Notes: a model not told the origin generated them from the sequence alone. DNA of 64,000 bases from Guillardia theta CCMP2712 (GCF_000315625.1 NW_005434655.1:884259-948258); one strand, 5' to 3'; positions 8,801-20,060 are shown, numbered from the stretch's first letter. Program-made: numbers and translations.

Positions 8801-11800
8801 CCTCTTTGCGACTGAGATATGTACAAGTATGTCTTCCGAGCGGGAGATGACAACAAGTGCAAGGGGTGCGGAAAGCTGGAGGGTGAACATCACACCCAAT
8901 TCAAGTTCTGCCATGTAAGAAACATCACCTTCGTTCATGTCAGCGATTGACGTCGATGTTGGAATCTTGAATCTGAACTATCACATACAAACAGCGGGTG
9001 AGGAAACATCTTTTTGTGTTGTTTTTAACAATAATTGACTTCATGACTTTCGCTTTGATATCTATTTGGCTTCCGCTTGCAAATGTGACCTCTATGAAAC
9101 ATCAGGATGTAAGTTGTTATCATGCATTCATACTCTCGGTCGTCTGACTATTTTCTTGATTTTGTCCTGTATACAGACAGTGAGTTTGTGACCTTGCAAT
9201 CCTCTGATGACCTCCATTTGTTTTTCATACCTTCTTCTTCTGAATTCAATTTTTTCAGAGAGTAAGTGTCTTCCCTCAGTCCTGTTTTCTTCAAATCTTT
9301 CTCCTCTCCTCTCTCCTCCTCTCCTCTCCTCCCCTTTCTCCTCTCCTCTCCTCTCCTCTCCTCTCCTCGAACTCCCCTCGCTTCATCTCCGCCCTCCCCT
9401 TCTTGTCAAATTCAGTTTGACGTCTGACACAGTGTTGTATCTGTCACTGCGACAAGCTCACTGAGGGCAGGAGGAAGGCAACCATGTGTCCCTCCTGTCA
9501 AGCTCGTCTCCTCGTCATGCGCGACCTCGAGCAGCAGCTGGCCAGCAGGAGGAGTGGGCGCAACCTGTCACGGGACCTTCTCCTCATCCAGCAGAGCCGT
9601 TCGCATCCCACCGGCATCGGCCTGACCTTTCACCGACGTTTCGATCTCCTCCTCGCACACTACCTCTTCGGGCTGGAGGAGGAGGAGGAGGAGGAGGAGG
9701 AGGAAGGGAGGAGCCAAGTGGAGGCGTTGCTCTCAGCTGGAGAGCTCAGTTGCTGCTATGACCGCAGCAAGTGCATCCTTGACCTCTCCCTCGACACCTC
9801 CACCATGAAGTGGAACGTGTCAAGGGACCTCCGCCTCCGGCGACTCCCCAGCTGGGCCGCAAACTTGTCGGTCCCAGTCCGCGTGCTGGACGTGTCCGGG
9901 AACCCCTCACTCCTCAGCCTCCCCGTGGACGACCTTCAGAGCAAGAATCCTCTCCTCGAAGCGCTCATCTGCAACCGATGCCCCTCCCTCAGCCTGCCGC
10001 CCCCCGAGATCGCCGACCAGGGAGGAGAGGCTGCGCTCAAGTACCTGCAGCGGGTGCAGGAGGCGAGCATACAGAACAAGCACATGCACCTGATCCTCAT
10101 TGGCAATGGAGAGGCCGGCAAGACGAGCGTCCTTCACGCCCTCCAGTCCGCTGAGAGCAGAGCTGGGAAGATCGACGAGGACACGGGCCGTACCATAGGC
10201 ATCGACCTGAAGCACTGGAGTCTGGAGGAGGAGGAGGACGGGCTGACGTTTGACGTGATGGACTTCGGAGGGCAGGCGGTGTATACCAAGACAAACTTGT
10301 ACTTCCTAGTCCGACGGGCCCTCTACCTCCTCGTGTGGAACGTGAGGTCGCAGGCTCCCGGGCAGGGAGAGGGGGAGAGGATGAGAATGGGAGAAGAGCT
10401 GGAGACTAGCGTATCCCTGTGGCTGCGAGCGATCCAGGCGAGAGTGCCGGGAGCGAATATCCTGCTGGTGGCCACCCATGTGGACTTGGGGACGAGGGAG
10501 GAGGTGGAGGAGCAGTGCGAGGCGGTGAGGCGATGCGTGTTGGAGGAGAAGAGGCTGATGGCGAGGCACGAGGTCGAGACCATCCTCCCGCTCAACGTCA
10601 TCAACGAGGGGGAGAGCATGCGGGTCAGCTCGGTGACGGGGGAAGGGGTGGCGGAGCTGCGAGCCGCGATCTGCAGGGTGGCGAAAGGGCTGCTGTGGTG
10701 GAAGGAGAGGATTCCAAGGAGCTTCTTGCAGCTGAAGGAGGCGGTGACGAGGAGGGCGCAGGAGGATCGCTCCTCCATCGACCTGCGGGAGTACAGGGAG
10801 ATGATGGAGGGAGCAGAGCTGGACAGAGACGAGATGGTCGTTGCCACCACCTTCCTGCATGAGACGGGCGTGCTGAAGTACTTCGGCAAGGCGCTGAGGA
10901 GGACGATCGAGCAGGAGGAGGTGGAGAGGAGGGAGAGGTACTCGTTTGAGGACACGGTCTTCATCGATCCCTTCTGGATCGTCGAAGTCTTCAAGGGCAT
11001 CTTGCGGCACGAGTGGCAAGCTCTGATCGACTTCTTCCAGCAGGATCCCAGCAGGTCGAAGATGGTGAAGAGAATGCTTCACCTGGGCGTTATCCACGAG
11101 TTTCTCTTCCCCTTCCTCTGGCCCCAGCACCCGCACCAGCTGGGAGGAGACTTTTGGAAGCTCAGCACTGAGCCGAGCAGGCGCATAGACACAGAGAAAG
11201 CTGTCGCCCTCCTGCGTGGTTGCGATCTTGCCCACTTCCTCCCTACTCCCACTCATCTCCTGCACGACAAGCAGCTTGCAGACTCTTCTTCTTCCTCGTC
11301 CCCCCCCCCCTCCTCGTTGAGGAAGGAGCTTCTGTGCCCTGGCATCATCCCACACTTCGTGCGGGAGCACAGGTATCCCATCCAAGAAGCGACGAGCTTG
11401 CACCTGTGCATGCGGATCGTATACAGCTCGCTGCCTCCTGGCTTCGTTGACCGCCTCATCGTCAAGTGCGCTTCGAGGTACAAGGACGTCGACTGTAGCG
11501 CCTCCATGGCGGCGTTCTTCGGCTGGGGGAGAGTGCTCCTCTTGCGCTGGGAGGAGGAGAGGAGCAGCAGCTCGCTCGTCGCGCACGCATCAACGGAGCA
11601 GATGCTGAGCAATCTTGACAAGGACGTGACGTCACTGGAGGCGTTCTTTCCCGGGCTGAAGCGATTCAAACGAGAGGTCACAGGGAAGGAGGACGGCGAC
11701 TTTGAGCTGGTCCAGGTTGGAATCTTCTGCCAGGGTGAAGAGAGCAAGAGACTGGCGGACGAGCTTCGTTCTGAGCTTCTGCTGCGATATGCCAAAGAGC

Positions 11801-13844
11801 ACGGGACCCCCGCCAGGGTCGTTCCAACGTTCTCTTACACTCAGTCTTCCGCTTCCTCCGTCGCATTCTTCTCTGGTGAAGTCCTGGAGCTCAGCACACT
11901 CACGCGTGTGGTCAAGGATGCAAATGAGCAGGGGGAGGAGGAGAGGGAGGAGGAGGAGGAGGAGGGCAGGGAGGAGGAAGATTTCAGAGATTGTATCGTG
12001 CACATCTTGCTGATCTCCAAAGGATGTCTGAGGTCGAGCGATGGGGAGGAGTCTGCCTTCTTGAACTTGTGGAACAGCCTGACTGCGAAGAGAGCAGCGA
12101 TCGTTCCCGTTGTGCTGCAAGACTATGTCGAGGACATCCGAGACTTCACTCGGTGGTGGCCGGAGGGAGTGAGTGGGATGGAAAGATATCGAATCTTTCA
12201 TAGTTTCTCGCGCTCCGATGAGTCGATGAACAAGTTGTATCAGACTGTCATGAACAAGTTGGACCTGTGGAGAGGAAGGAGCACTGAAGAAACAATCTGC
12301 GTCAACGACCAGAACCGTCTCAAGTGCAAGGAGTGCTTCAGGTCGTTGGATGACATGTCGGAGATTGGGGAGTTCGAACTTCCTGACGACATCTTGGAGG
12401 TAGAAGGCGCAATGGAGACAGTGTTGAGCTGCAGCAAGCGCGGTCACTTGTCAACCCTCGCTGACGTCATTGACTTCAACAACTCCTGTGCTCCTTGTCC
12501 TCTGTGCGTCAAGCACAACCGGGTTCCCTTCTTCTTCAACAGGATGGAGTGTATCAGCAAGCTCTACGGCGACCTGACCGCCTGCGTGACATGCGGGGAG
12601 TGTGCAGGATCGATCAACGTTGTCGACATTACCCCTCCTCAAGTCTTTATCAGCTACCAGTGGGGCCACGGAGGCGTCACGCAGACGCTGGCACGGCAGG
12701 CAAAGCGCTTCATCGAGACGAGGACGGAGCTCTTGTGCTGGCTGGACGTGGAGGGAGGGATCCTGTGCGGGGAGGATCATATCATGAAGATGAAGCTCGG
12801 GGTAGAGCGATGCGACGTCTTCATTGCCTTTATGAGCGACAAGTACGTCAAGAGCGAGAACTGCAGGAGGGAGTTCGCGCAAGCCTGTGAAGCCAACAAG
12901 TTCATCATCCCAGTGATGGTGCCGATCCTCTTCGATGAGAGGAGTGACAGCGACGAGCTGAGAGAGTCAGAGTCGGGCTGGAAGGGGGAGACGGCGACTG
13001 ACGATTGGTGGAAGCGAATCTCAGCCATGGAAGGGACGCGAGAGGTGGAGGTCAGGTGGAGCCACCTGGCGTCATTCCAGAGGAGGGTAGAGCTGAGGGC
13101 GGAGAAGCAAGAGGAGGGAGGGGAGGTCAGGGCGGACGAGTCTTGCCTCGACCTGCTCCTCGCCATCCTCCAGTCTCGAATCTACCGAGGCAACTTCGTG
13201 AACCACGTGGTTGCCTGCTACCTGAACTCGAGGAGGAGCTGATGATTGTGCCAGGCCAAGAGCCCTCTCAAGTCGCTGCCAGGAGGGTCAGGCAAGAGTG
13301 TCCTAGCTAAGAAGCTGAGCGTACGAGTCGACGAGGACAGGAGGGAGAGGATGTTGACTAGGAAGAAGTCAAGGCACAAGAAGGTGGCGTTCGTCCCCGA
13401 CCCGACCATGTTCGAGTTCCAGAGGATCGACAAGCAAGGTGCGTTGATGTGTCTCTCCCTCTCCCTCTCCCTCTCCCTCTCCCTCTCCCTCTCCCTTCCC
13501 TGCTCTACCTCCCTTGCCACGTCCTGCTGATCCCCTACAAGCGCCTCCTCTGCCGCGTTCTGCTACTGCCCAGCTCCTCCTCCTCCCTCTCGCACCAGCT
13601 CATGGCGCTCCTCCTCTCCTCCTTCAGGGCAAGGGAGGCTCTCCTGCGATGTGCTCTTCGAGGGCCTCCTGCATCGCTGGGACCAGGACGAGCTCAGCAT
13701 GCTCTTTGACGCCATGGTGACGCTGCTGGCGCTCTCAACAGCTCGGTCCTCACTAGCTCTCAGGTCGTCAGCCGAGACGGTTCCGTGACCCTCGACGAGT
13801 TCCTGCGGGCTGTGCAGAAACTTCCGCAGACTCCCCGACTGTAG
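5868..13844 (+). CDS. Roco-family protein: microexon/Zn-finger N-terminus - LRR - Roc GTPase - COR - degenerate TIR-like - Cys zinc ribbons - TIR - EF-hand pair
   Basis: Main exon 9433-13206 is in frame with ORF 9484-13242. It carries LRR VLDVSGNPSL, P-loop GNGEAGKTS (~10102), DFGGQ, THVD, COR (FLHETGVL..VFIDPFWI) and TIR VFISYQWG..WLD..SENCRREF..IIPV (~12643-12915). 3' exons 13255-13438, 13628-13716 and 13764-13844 splice in frame (two of the introns are 48 and 47 nt) and encode EF-hand-like DKQGQGRLSCDVL and SRDGSVTLDEFL. The 5' exons 5868-5894 (MGWPCSDCA) and 6120-6158 are tentative. Confidence 0.85.
6900..6986 (+). other. 87-nt phase-0 exon encoding CCHC-type Zn-binding module 1 (YVFTPGEEGKCDLCGKEEKDHRTEHKFCP)
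   Basis: Bounded by CAG and GTGAGA; pattern C-x2-C-x6-H-x6-C; paralogous to 8828-8914. Confidence 0.85.
8828..8914 (+). other. 87-nt phase-0 exon encoding CCHC-type Zn-binding module 2 (YVFRAGDDNKCKGCGKLEGEHHTQFKFCH)
   Basis: Bounded by AAG and GTAAGA; same length and same YVF..G...KC..CGK.E..H....KFC pattern as 6900-6986. Confidence 0.85.
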
Positions 13845-14684
13845 GAGAGGAGGCCCGGCGTTTGATGCCAAGTTACGCCTCTACTCTCTTATTCGCTTCC
13901 ACGTGCAATGAGCGATTGACGGAAGTCATATTGGGAACTCCCTCGCTGAAATCTGACTCAGCCTACGGTCACAGGTGAAAGAAAGCCTTACTCAAAGTTA
14001 AGTTAAATATCAGTACGAGGAAAATCAGGAGAGTCGACTAAACCGGCACTACTGTCACACAGGCCATAGTACGGCGAGAAGAGAAAAGACAGCGAGGACC
14101 AACCCTCAGTAAACAAATCCTAACATCTTCCTCGTCTTCCTCGTCTTCCTCGTCTTCCTGCCCTCGACCTTCGTCATCATCTTCCTGATCTTCATCAGAT
14201 CCCGCTATCCCATCTCTACTCATGGATGATCCTCTTCTCTTTCTAGATTTTGGTAAGTCAGTATTGGTGACAAGGTCTCCAAACAAACTCTTCAAATCTT
14301 TCTATGCCATTGGGAGTATCAATTCGGGTCTTCGTCGACAGCCCAGGGATTCACTTTGAGTAACAGAGGCACGATCCTATTGATCTTGCATCGGTAAACT
14401 TTCTTCGTACTATCAGCGATGACTTTGTTCTCTATTAGGTCAAATGCCCTTTCTTGTCGTCGTCGTCGCTCCTGCAACATGGCGTCATTTGCTCTGCATT
14501 TTTCGGGCAGTTCTGGTTCTATACAAAAATGTTTACTCAATGTCACCATGAGTCAGCATTATTGCGTGGTGCTACCTTGGAGTGCTCTGTGCACAATGAT
14601 TTTGACGAGATCACATTATGAAGGCAGTACCACCCACTCCTGCACATCCAATGGGGCGGATAGTACCGGTATGTTGCACAAATC

Positions 14685-14871
14685 GATTAGCCTGTTAAGT
14701 GAGTTTGACCAGGGCGGCATGGTCAGCCGAAGGAGACGTACAACCTTATACATACTTTTAAATTTTCGAAATCTCTCCGTTTAGTGGGCCAGAAAAATTG
14801 ATTAGCCTGTTTCCTCAAGTGCAAAGTGAGTTTGACCAGGGCACGGTCAGCCGAAGGAGACGTACAACCTT
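14685..14871. repeat. Imperfect ~65-bp direct repeat (GATTAGCCTGTT...AAGTGAGTTTGACCAGGGC...GGTCAGCCGAAGGAGACGTACAACCTT) x2
   Basis: Copies at ~14685-14748 and ~14800-14871, upstream of the ZIP gene. Confidence 0.75.
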
Positions 14872-15078
14872 CGCTTACCCCTACCCCACCCTCACAGCCG
14901 AAATCCTCGGGTACAACCCTAGCGTCGGTGACAGGTAGCGCCTTTTGACCAGAAGCTAGTCAGCCTAATCCCTATCTATATATAGAGATACGACTCGCTG
15001 CCGCCGCAGACTCTCCTCGCCTCTCTTCGTTGCTGGAGAATCTTCATCTATTCGTCAGTCCTGTCGCTGCATGCCACT

Positions 15079-16344
15079 ATGAAGGTGTGAGTGTTAGCCG
15101 TGCTTGTCTCCACTGAGTTATTCTGATCAGACTGAAACTATCGCGTTGGGCTTTGGCCTCAGCATAGCTGCGGGAGCTTGCACTTGTGTGGGATTCCTAG
15201 CAGCTTTCTGTGTCAAACTAGAGAACAGACTGGTCTTTGCTGCCTCGTTAGCAGCTTCTGCTGGAGTCATGATGTATGACATGTCTAACAAGCTCTCTTG
15301 TGCAAGCGTGAGAAGCTCAGTTGTGCTTTCCAGATTCATCTCCCTTACCGAAATCTTGACGATCAAGACTGTCGAGGGCTTCAAGGGAGCTGGGCAGTCT
15401 GACGCAGAAGCAATGAGATACTCCATATTAACATTCTTTGCTGGCGCCTTTATTTGCCATCTTATCGACGTGTTTGTAAGTTACATGATGCAAAGGTCCC
15501 ATCAGGTCCTGAAAAGACTGGTGCTTCTTGAACTGACGCTAATGGAGATAGCAGGTTGAGAGTGACGAAGCCGCGGACAGACAAATGAAACAAACCCACG
15601 TGCAGGAATCTCAGTCTTCGATTGTGATTGCCACTACCCATGCCCATCAAATCCCGCTTTGCGCCCCTATCAGTGCCCCAATGCAGGACTTCGTACCTCC
15701 TTCTAAGGTATCAAAACTTGTATGCTTCTCCGTCTCGACTCATCATCTATATGTCGCTTCTAGGACGAGCTTGAGCAAGGGCCTGTGGACGGGCCCCTGT
15801 CTCTTGTTCTATCAGAGGATAGGGAAAGAGCCAAAGAGCTTCTGCGAATGGGCATACTAAGTGCTGTTGTCATTCTGGTCCACAACATCCCGGAAGGCGT
15901 TGCTACTTTTGTCTCAGCAGTTGCAGATCCAACCGCAGGCGTCGGAGTTGCATTTGCGATCGCACTGCACAATATTCCTGAGGTGACTGACATGCACTAG
16001 ATGCGTTTATCATAAGCGAGCGCTTGTTGCAGGGTTTGATAGTTTCAGTCCCAATCTACTTAGCCACTGGAAGCAAAATCAAGGCTTTTCTATGGACTGC
16101 CTTTTCGGGAGCGGCAGAACCATTTGGTGCTCTGATAGCCTTCACAGCCCTCAAAAGCTCCGACATGAGCCCTTGGGCATACGCTTTTATCTTCGGCATC
16201 GTCTCGGGGATCATGACTTACATATCCTTGACCGAGCTGCTGCCTACTGCCTTGAAGTATGATCCGACAGATCGGGTCGTCAAGAAATCCCTGTTCCTTG
16301 GAATGTTCATTATCGCCATTTCCATCATTCTTTTTGAGGTTTGA
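15079..16344 (+). CDS. ZIP-family (ZupT/GufA-like) metal transporter, multi-exon
   Basis: TM1 GLSIAAGACTCVG, AAGVMM, signature HNIPEG twice (VHNIPEGVATF; ALHNIPE|GLIVS), SGAAEPFGA, GIMTYISLTELLP. The 3' end may include one more exon. Confidence 0.9.
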
Positions 16345-17475
16345 ACAATCAGCGTGAATCTGACTGTCAGGCAGTGCACTGCGGCAGGCACGCAGGCAGG
16401 TTCGACCCGCCCGCTTTCTGAAGCCAGTTCCGCAGGCACAGTATCACAGGCTATGCGGCCGGAGGAGGCATCAATTAAGAGCAACGAGGTTTCAATGGTC
16501 TCTCTCTCTGTTCGTTGAGGCAGTAAGAGTTTTCACGTATTTCTCCGATGCTTCCGAGGGCTATTTATCTTACTGTACGCATTTAATACATAGAAACTCG
16601 TGCAGATTACTGGCAGGCCCGGCTCAGCAAGCCCCTGCTTTTCACTTTTTTCGCCTCGCCTGATGCATTCTAAACGCAGATTCTTCAGCCTGGTCTGTTG
16701 TTAATCAAGCCTGAGTGCAGAGGATTCAGTTGTAATCGGTTGAGGACATTTCAGAAATGTCTCCAAGTTTCTGTGTCGGCGGGAGGATAGAGTAATGTTA
16801 TAGCCTGAAAACCTTGATCCTTTGGCCCGGTAGAGGTAGCCTGAAGACTTTGGGTTGTTTGGGCAGGAAAGGACTTCGAAGAGCAACAAGACTCTCAGAA
16901 ATCGAACACTCAACTCTTGTCGGACGGAGGTTTGGACGTTGACTTCGGCCTGGCCAGCTCTTCATTCTTGTCCCCGCTGTGGAGTTTGCTTTCTTCAAGC
17001 GTCAGCTTCCATACCAGGAGGGCGGGGATGGTTTCACGCCTCAAGCAGGGGTCAGTCTATCAGCTTATTACATCGCCACGGCCACCTTCTTACAATGGAG
17101 CGCTACTCTATCCTGCGGATGGTACCCTCCGTCAAGCGGACGAGCCGGATCTGGTCCTCCCTCCCCTACTCGTCTCCTTCCTGCGGGTACATCAGGCCCT
17201 CCTTGATCGTGGAGTGCCGAAATACCTGGACCTCAGTGACATTTCGATCCCATCTCCAGCGCTCTTTCAACTCGCGGGCGGACCTCCTTCCCCCCCCCCC
17301 CCCCCGCGTTCAGTCACAGGACGGTTGATCGCTTCCTGCACGGGCTAACCCCGGCTAGGCTGCCTCCCACATGGGCGACCTGTGTATCTCGCATGGGTCC
17401 TGCCGTCCTCCTCGCAGGAGCAGATTTCAACTCTTACTTAATTCTAAAAACTTTTATCCGGCAGGCGCATTCGCA

Positions 17476-19693
17476 ATGAGCGAGGCCTCGCAGTTGCGAC
17501 AAAGGTGGGGCGATGCTGCCCTCGTCCCTTCGTCCTCCTCCTCGTCGATGCTCTCCTCTCCTCTCCTCTCCTCTCCTCTCCCCCTCCTCTCCTCTCCTCT
17601 CCTCTCCTCTCCTCTCCTCTCCTCTCCTCTCCTCTCCTCTCCTCTCCTCTCCTCTCCTCTCCTCTCCTCTCCTCTCCTCTCCTCTCCTCTCCTCTCCTCT
17701 CCTCTCCTCTCCCCTCCTCTCCTCTCCTCTCCCTCTCCCTCCTCTCCCTCCCCTCCTTGATGTCCCTGCTGTTCCCCAACCTCTACCTCGACCTGCTTTC
17801 GCCTCCTCGGACGACTAGCCCTCTACAACCTTATGAAAGACATCTTAATAGCACGTCCCAGCTCTTTGTTTTCTCTTCTTCTTCTTCCCTCTTTTCTCCC
17901 CTCTCCTACGCCTCCCCTGTCCACTCGCGTCTTCCTCTTTATTCTCATCGCAGGCGGCCAGCGGGCAAGGATGAAGGAGGCGGAATCAGTGTCGAGTACG
18001 AGCTGGAGGAGCTGGAGCTTGAGAGGAAGAGGATTGAGCTCGAGCTTGAGGTCATGGTCGCCACTCCTTCTGGTTTCCCTGACGTGCATGCAGTCTATCC
18101 AGCTCAAGGAGAAGGAGATGGCGTTGAAGCGCAGGAAAGCGGCGAAGGAGGCCACCGGAGGGTTCGACGTCTTGACGGAGACAGACAAGAAGCTTGCAGA
18201 GCAAGACCTGAAGGAACGACGAAAACGTCAGCTCGTGCTTGCAGCGTGCTTCTAGATCCTGACATGACTCTGTGCAGTGCTGCAGCGTATCAAGGACATG
18301 CAAGGTTGTCGACGTTGATATTCTGCGCGATCCGATGACCCTTGAAACGTTATGATGCAGACGACGGTACGAAGAAGACTCAATACAAGCTGCTGCTCCT
18401 CGTTGTGCTCTTTCCACTCATAAGTCTTGCGGTCATCATGCCGATCTTCCGCTTCATGTACGAAGAGAAGGTCCCGATAGCGTCATGCCGACGTCCTCGG
18501 TCCTCATAGTTTTGCCGCAGATCCTGCCGAATCCATGTCAGGGGATCTGCGATCTGACTCCAGACTTGCTGGCCAAGATGCCCAAGGGATGTGTGCCTGA
18601 AAACCCGCAGCGAGTCTTCTTCATGGACATTCCCACGACTGGCGCAAAACTTTTCTCACCTCCTCTAAATGTCTGTCCTGGGATTCTGCTGGGGTCGGAG
18701 TGACAGTTTGTGCCAGCTACTGAAGAATGTCAAGGAGTGGGAGTTGGTCAATCTCCGCTCTTGGAGGGATGCTGTGTATGCTGCCCCTGTGTACCTGAGC
18801 CCCGCGAGCCGGACGGCCTATAACGATGCTGAGTACGAGGTGATCTACAGGTTCAGTTGACTTCCCTTGCGTGGCCGTTGCTCAAGGGATCGCAGGAAGA
18901 ACGTCGGGAACCTGATCAACTCTCTGGTTCCCCATCGCAGACTCTTCTTTGGAAGCACCTACGTCCACGATGACAACATAACGAGCAAGAGTAACCACAA
19001 CGAGACTGTGCGGTACATCACTTTAATCAGAGAGCCTTTGGTAGGCCTTGGAAGGGGAGGAGGGGGAGAACTTCGATTTGACTAGGTCGCAGGCTCGTCT
19101 GCAGGAGCAGTTTGAAGCTGACCGAGAGCACGATCAGCAAAAAGGCAAGTCGAAGTTCGTCACGAACCTCAACTTCGAGGAGTGTTTGCATGTTTCTGTT
19201 TGCAGGTAGTGTGAAAACAACGAGGCAGCTGATGAGACTGATCTGGGTCATTGCAGGACCTCGCATCAGTTCTCAAGGTGGTGCAATCTGCAAACAAGAT
19301 ACTTCTGTGGTTGGGGGAAAGAGTAAGATGCGATCTTCATGGCTCGATCGCACTAACATGTGCCAGTTGTCTCTATGACAAGAATTTGAACGCAACAGAG
19401 GCTATGTTGAAGAAAGCTCTCCACAACATAGACACTTTGTTCCTTGCTGTTGGTTAGCATGGCTCCTTTCCTCGCTCCCTTTCCCATCCGCTCTCCCCTC
19501 CCACCCACTAGTCTTCCTCCTCCTCACAGATCTTTGTCCTCCCTCCCCCGCTCCCCTTTCTTTCTGATGTTTCCTTTGGATTCTCGCAGGTATCTTTGAG
19601 GACTTTGACTTATCTCACAAGCTCTTGGAGACCTTGCTTCCAACATACTTCCAAGGGTGAGGCTGCCTCTCTCCCCTCTCCCCATCTTTCCCA

Positions 19694-19754
<61 letters not shown>

Positions 19755-20060
19755 CTCCTCCTCCTCGATCATAGCGGCATGCTGCGAGTCACAGTGATAT
19801 CAGGTTGGGCGAAGAGTTGAAGAGCAGCGGAGGAGCAGGAAAGGCTCCCGAGCAACCGAAGCATCTGAAGCAGGAGATGATGCGTTACTGCTGGGCGGAC
19901 ATGGCCTTGTGAGAAGAGGCAAGAGGTCTCTTCCTCTGGTGCTGACGGTCTGGTCAAGGTACGAGCACGTCAAGAAGAAGCTCGCGCAGCAGGTGCCCCC
20001 GGCAGTCGAAGTTGATCCTGCTGACTGTGTGCAGGCTAAAAGTTGCAAACTCACAAGATG
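17476..20060 (+). CDS. Putative membrane-anchored sulfotransferase, multi-exon
   Basis: Exon fragments contain RVFFMDIPTTG (5'-PSB-like) and RYITLIREPL (3'-PB-like), then LKKALHNIDTLFLAVG. Gene boundaries are approximate. Confidence 0.55.
17550..17757. repeat. (CTCCT)n microsatellite, intronic
   Basis: Long near-perfect pentamer run. Confidence 0.95.

Larger units (their letters stand above)
6231..9261 (+). other. Array of 33 three-nucleotide (single-codon) microexons in three blocks (8 + 21 + 4)
   Basis: (C/T/A)AG-NNN-GT units with exon starts at 6231, 6320, 6405, 6490, 6582, 6660, 6757, 6848 | 7055, 7142, 7224, 7310, 7472, 7528, 7608, 7705, 7790, 7854, 7933, 8008, 8113, 8190, 8284, 8370, 8458, 8531, 8605, 8698, 8772 | 8995, 9106, 9177, 9259. 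23 of 33 donors are GTRAG; the spacers are T-rich with CTGAC/TTGAC-type branch motifs. Confidence 0.85.

Noticed and set aside
6231-9261. CRISPR-like or tandem-repeat reading of the ~85-nt periodicity
   Set aside because: Only the splice signals recur; there is no conserved repeat unit and no cas gene, and the DNA is eukaryotic.
10306-12882. Long antisense ORFs opposite the Roco exon
   Set aside because: Shadow ORFs from GC-rich codon usage; no motifs.
13246-13530. Separate small gene downstream of the Roco ORF
   Set aside because: It splices in frame to the Roco exon through a 48-nt intron, so it is better explained as part of the same gene.
15079-16344. Functional link between the ZIP transporter and the adjacent zinc-finger-rich Roco gene
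   Set aside because: Adjacency alone is not evidence of a functional cluster in a eukaryotic genome.
16700-17350. Possible retroelement fragment (ORFs 16855-17348)
   Set aside because: No RT, integrase, recombinase or transposase motif is recognisable.
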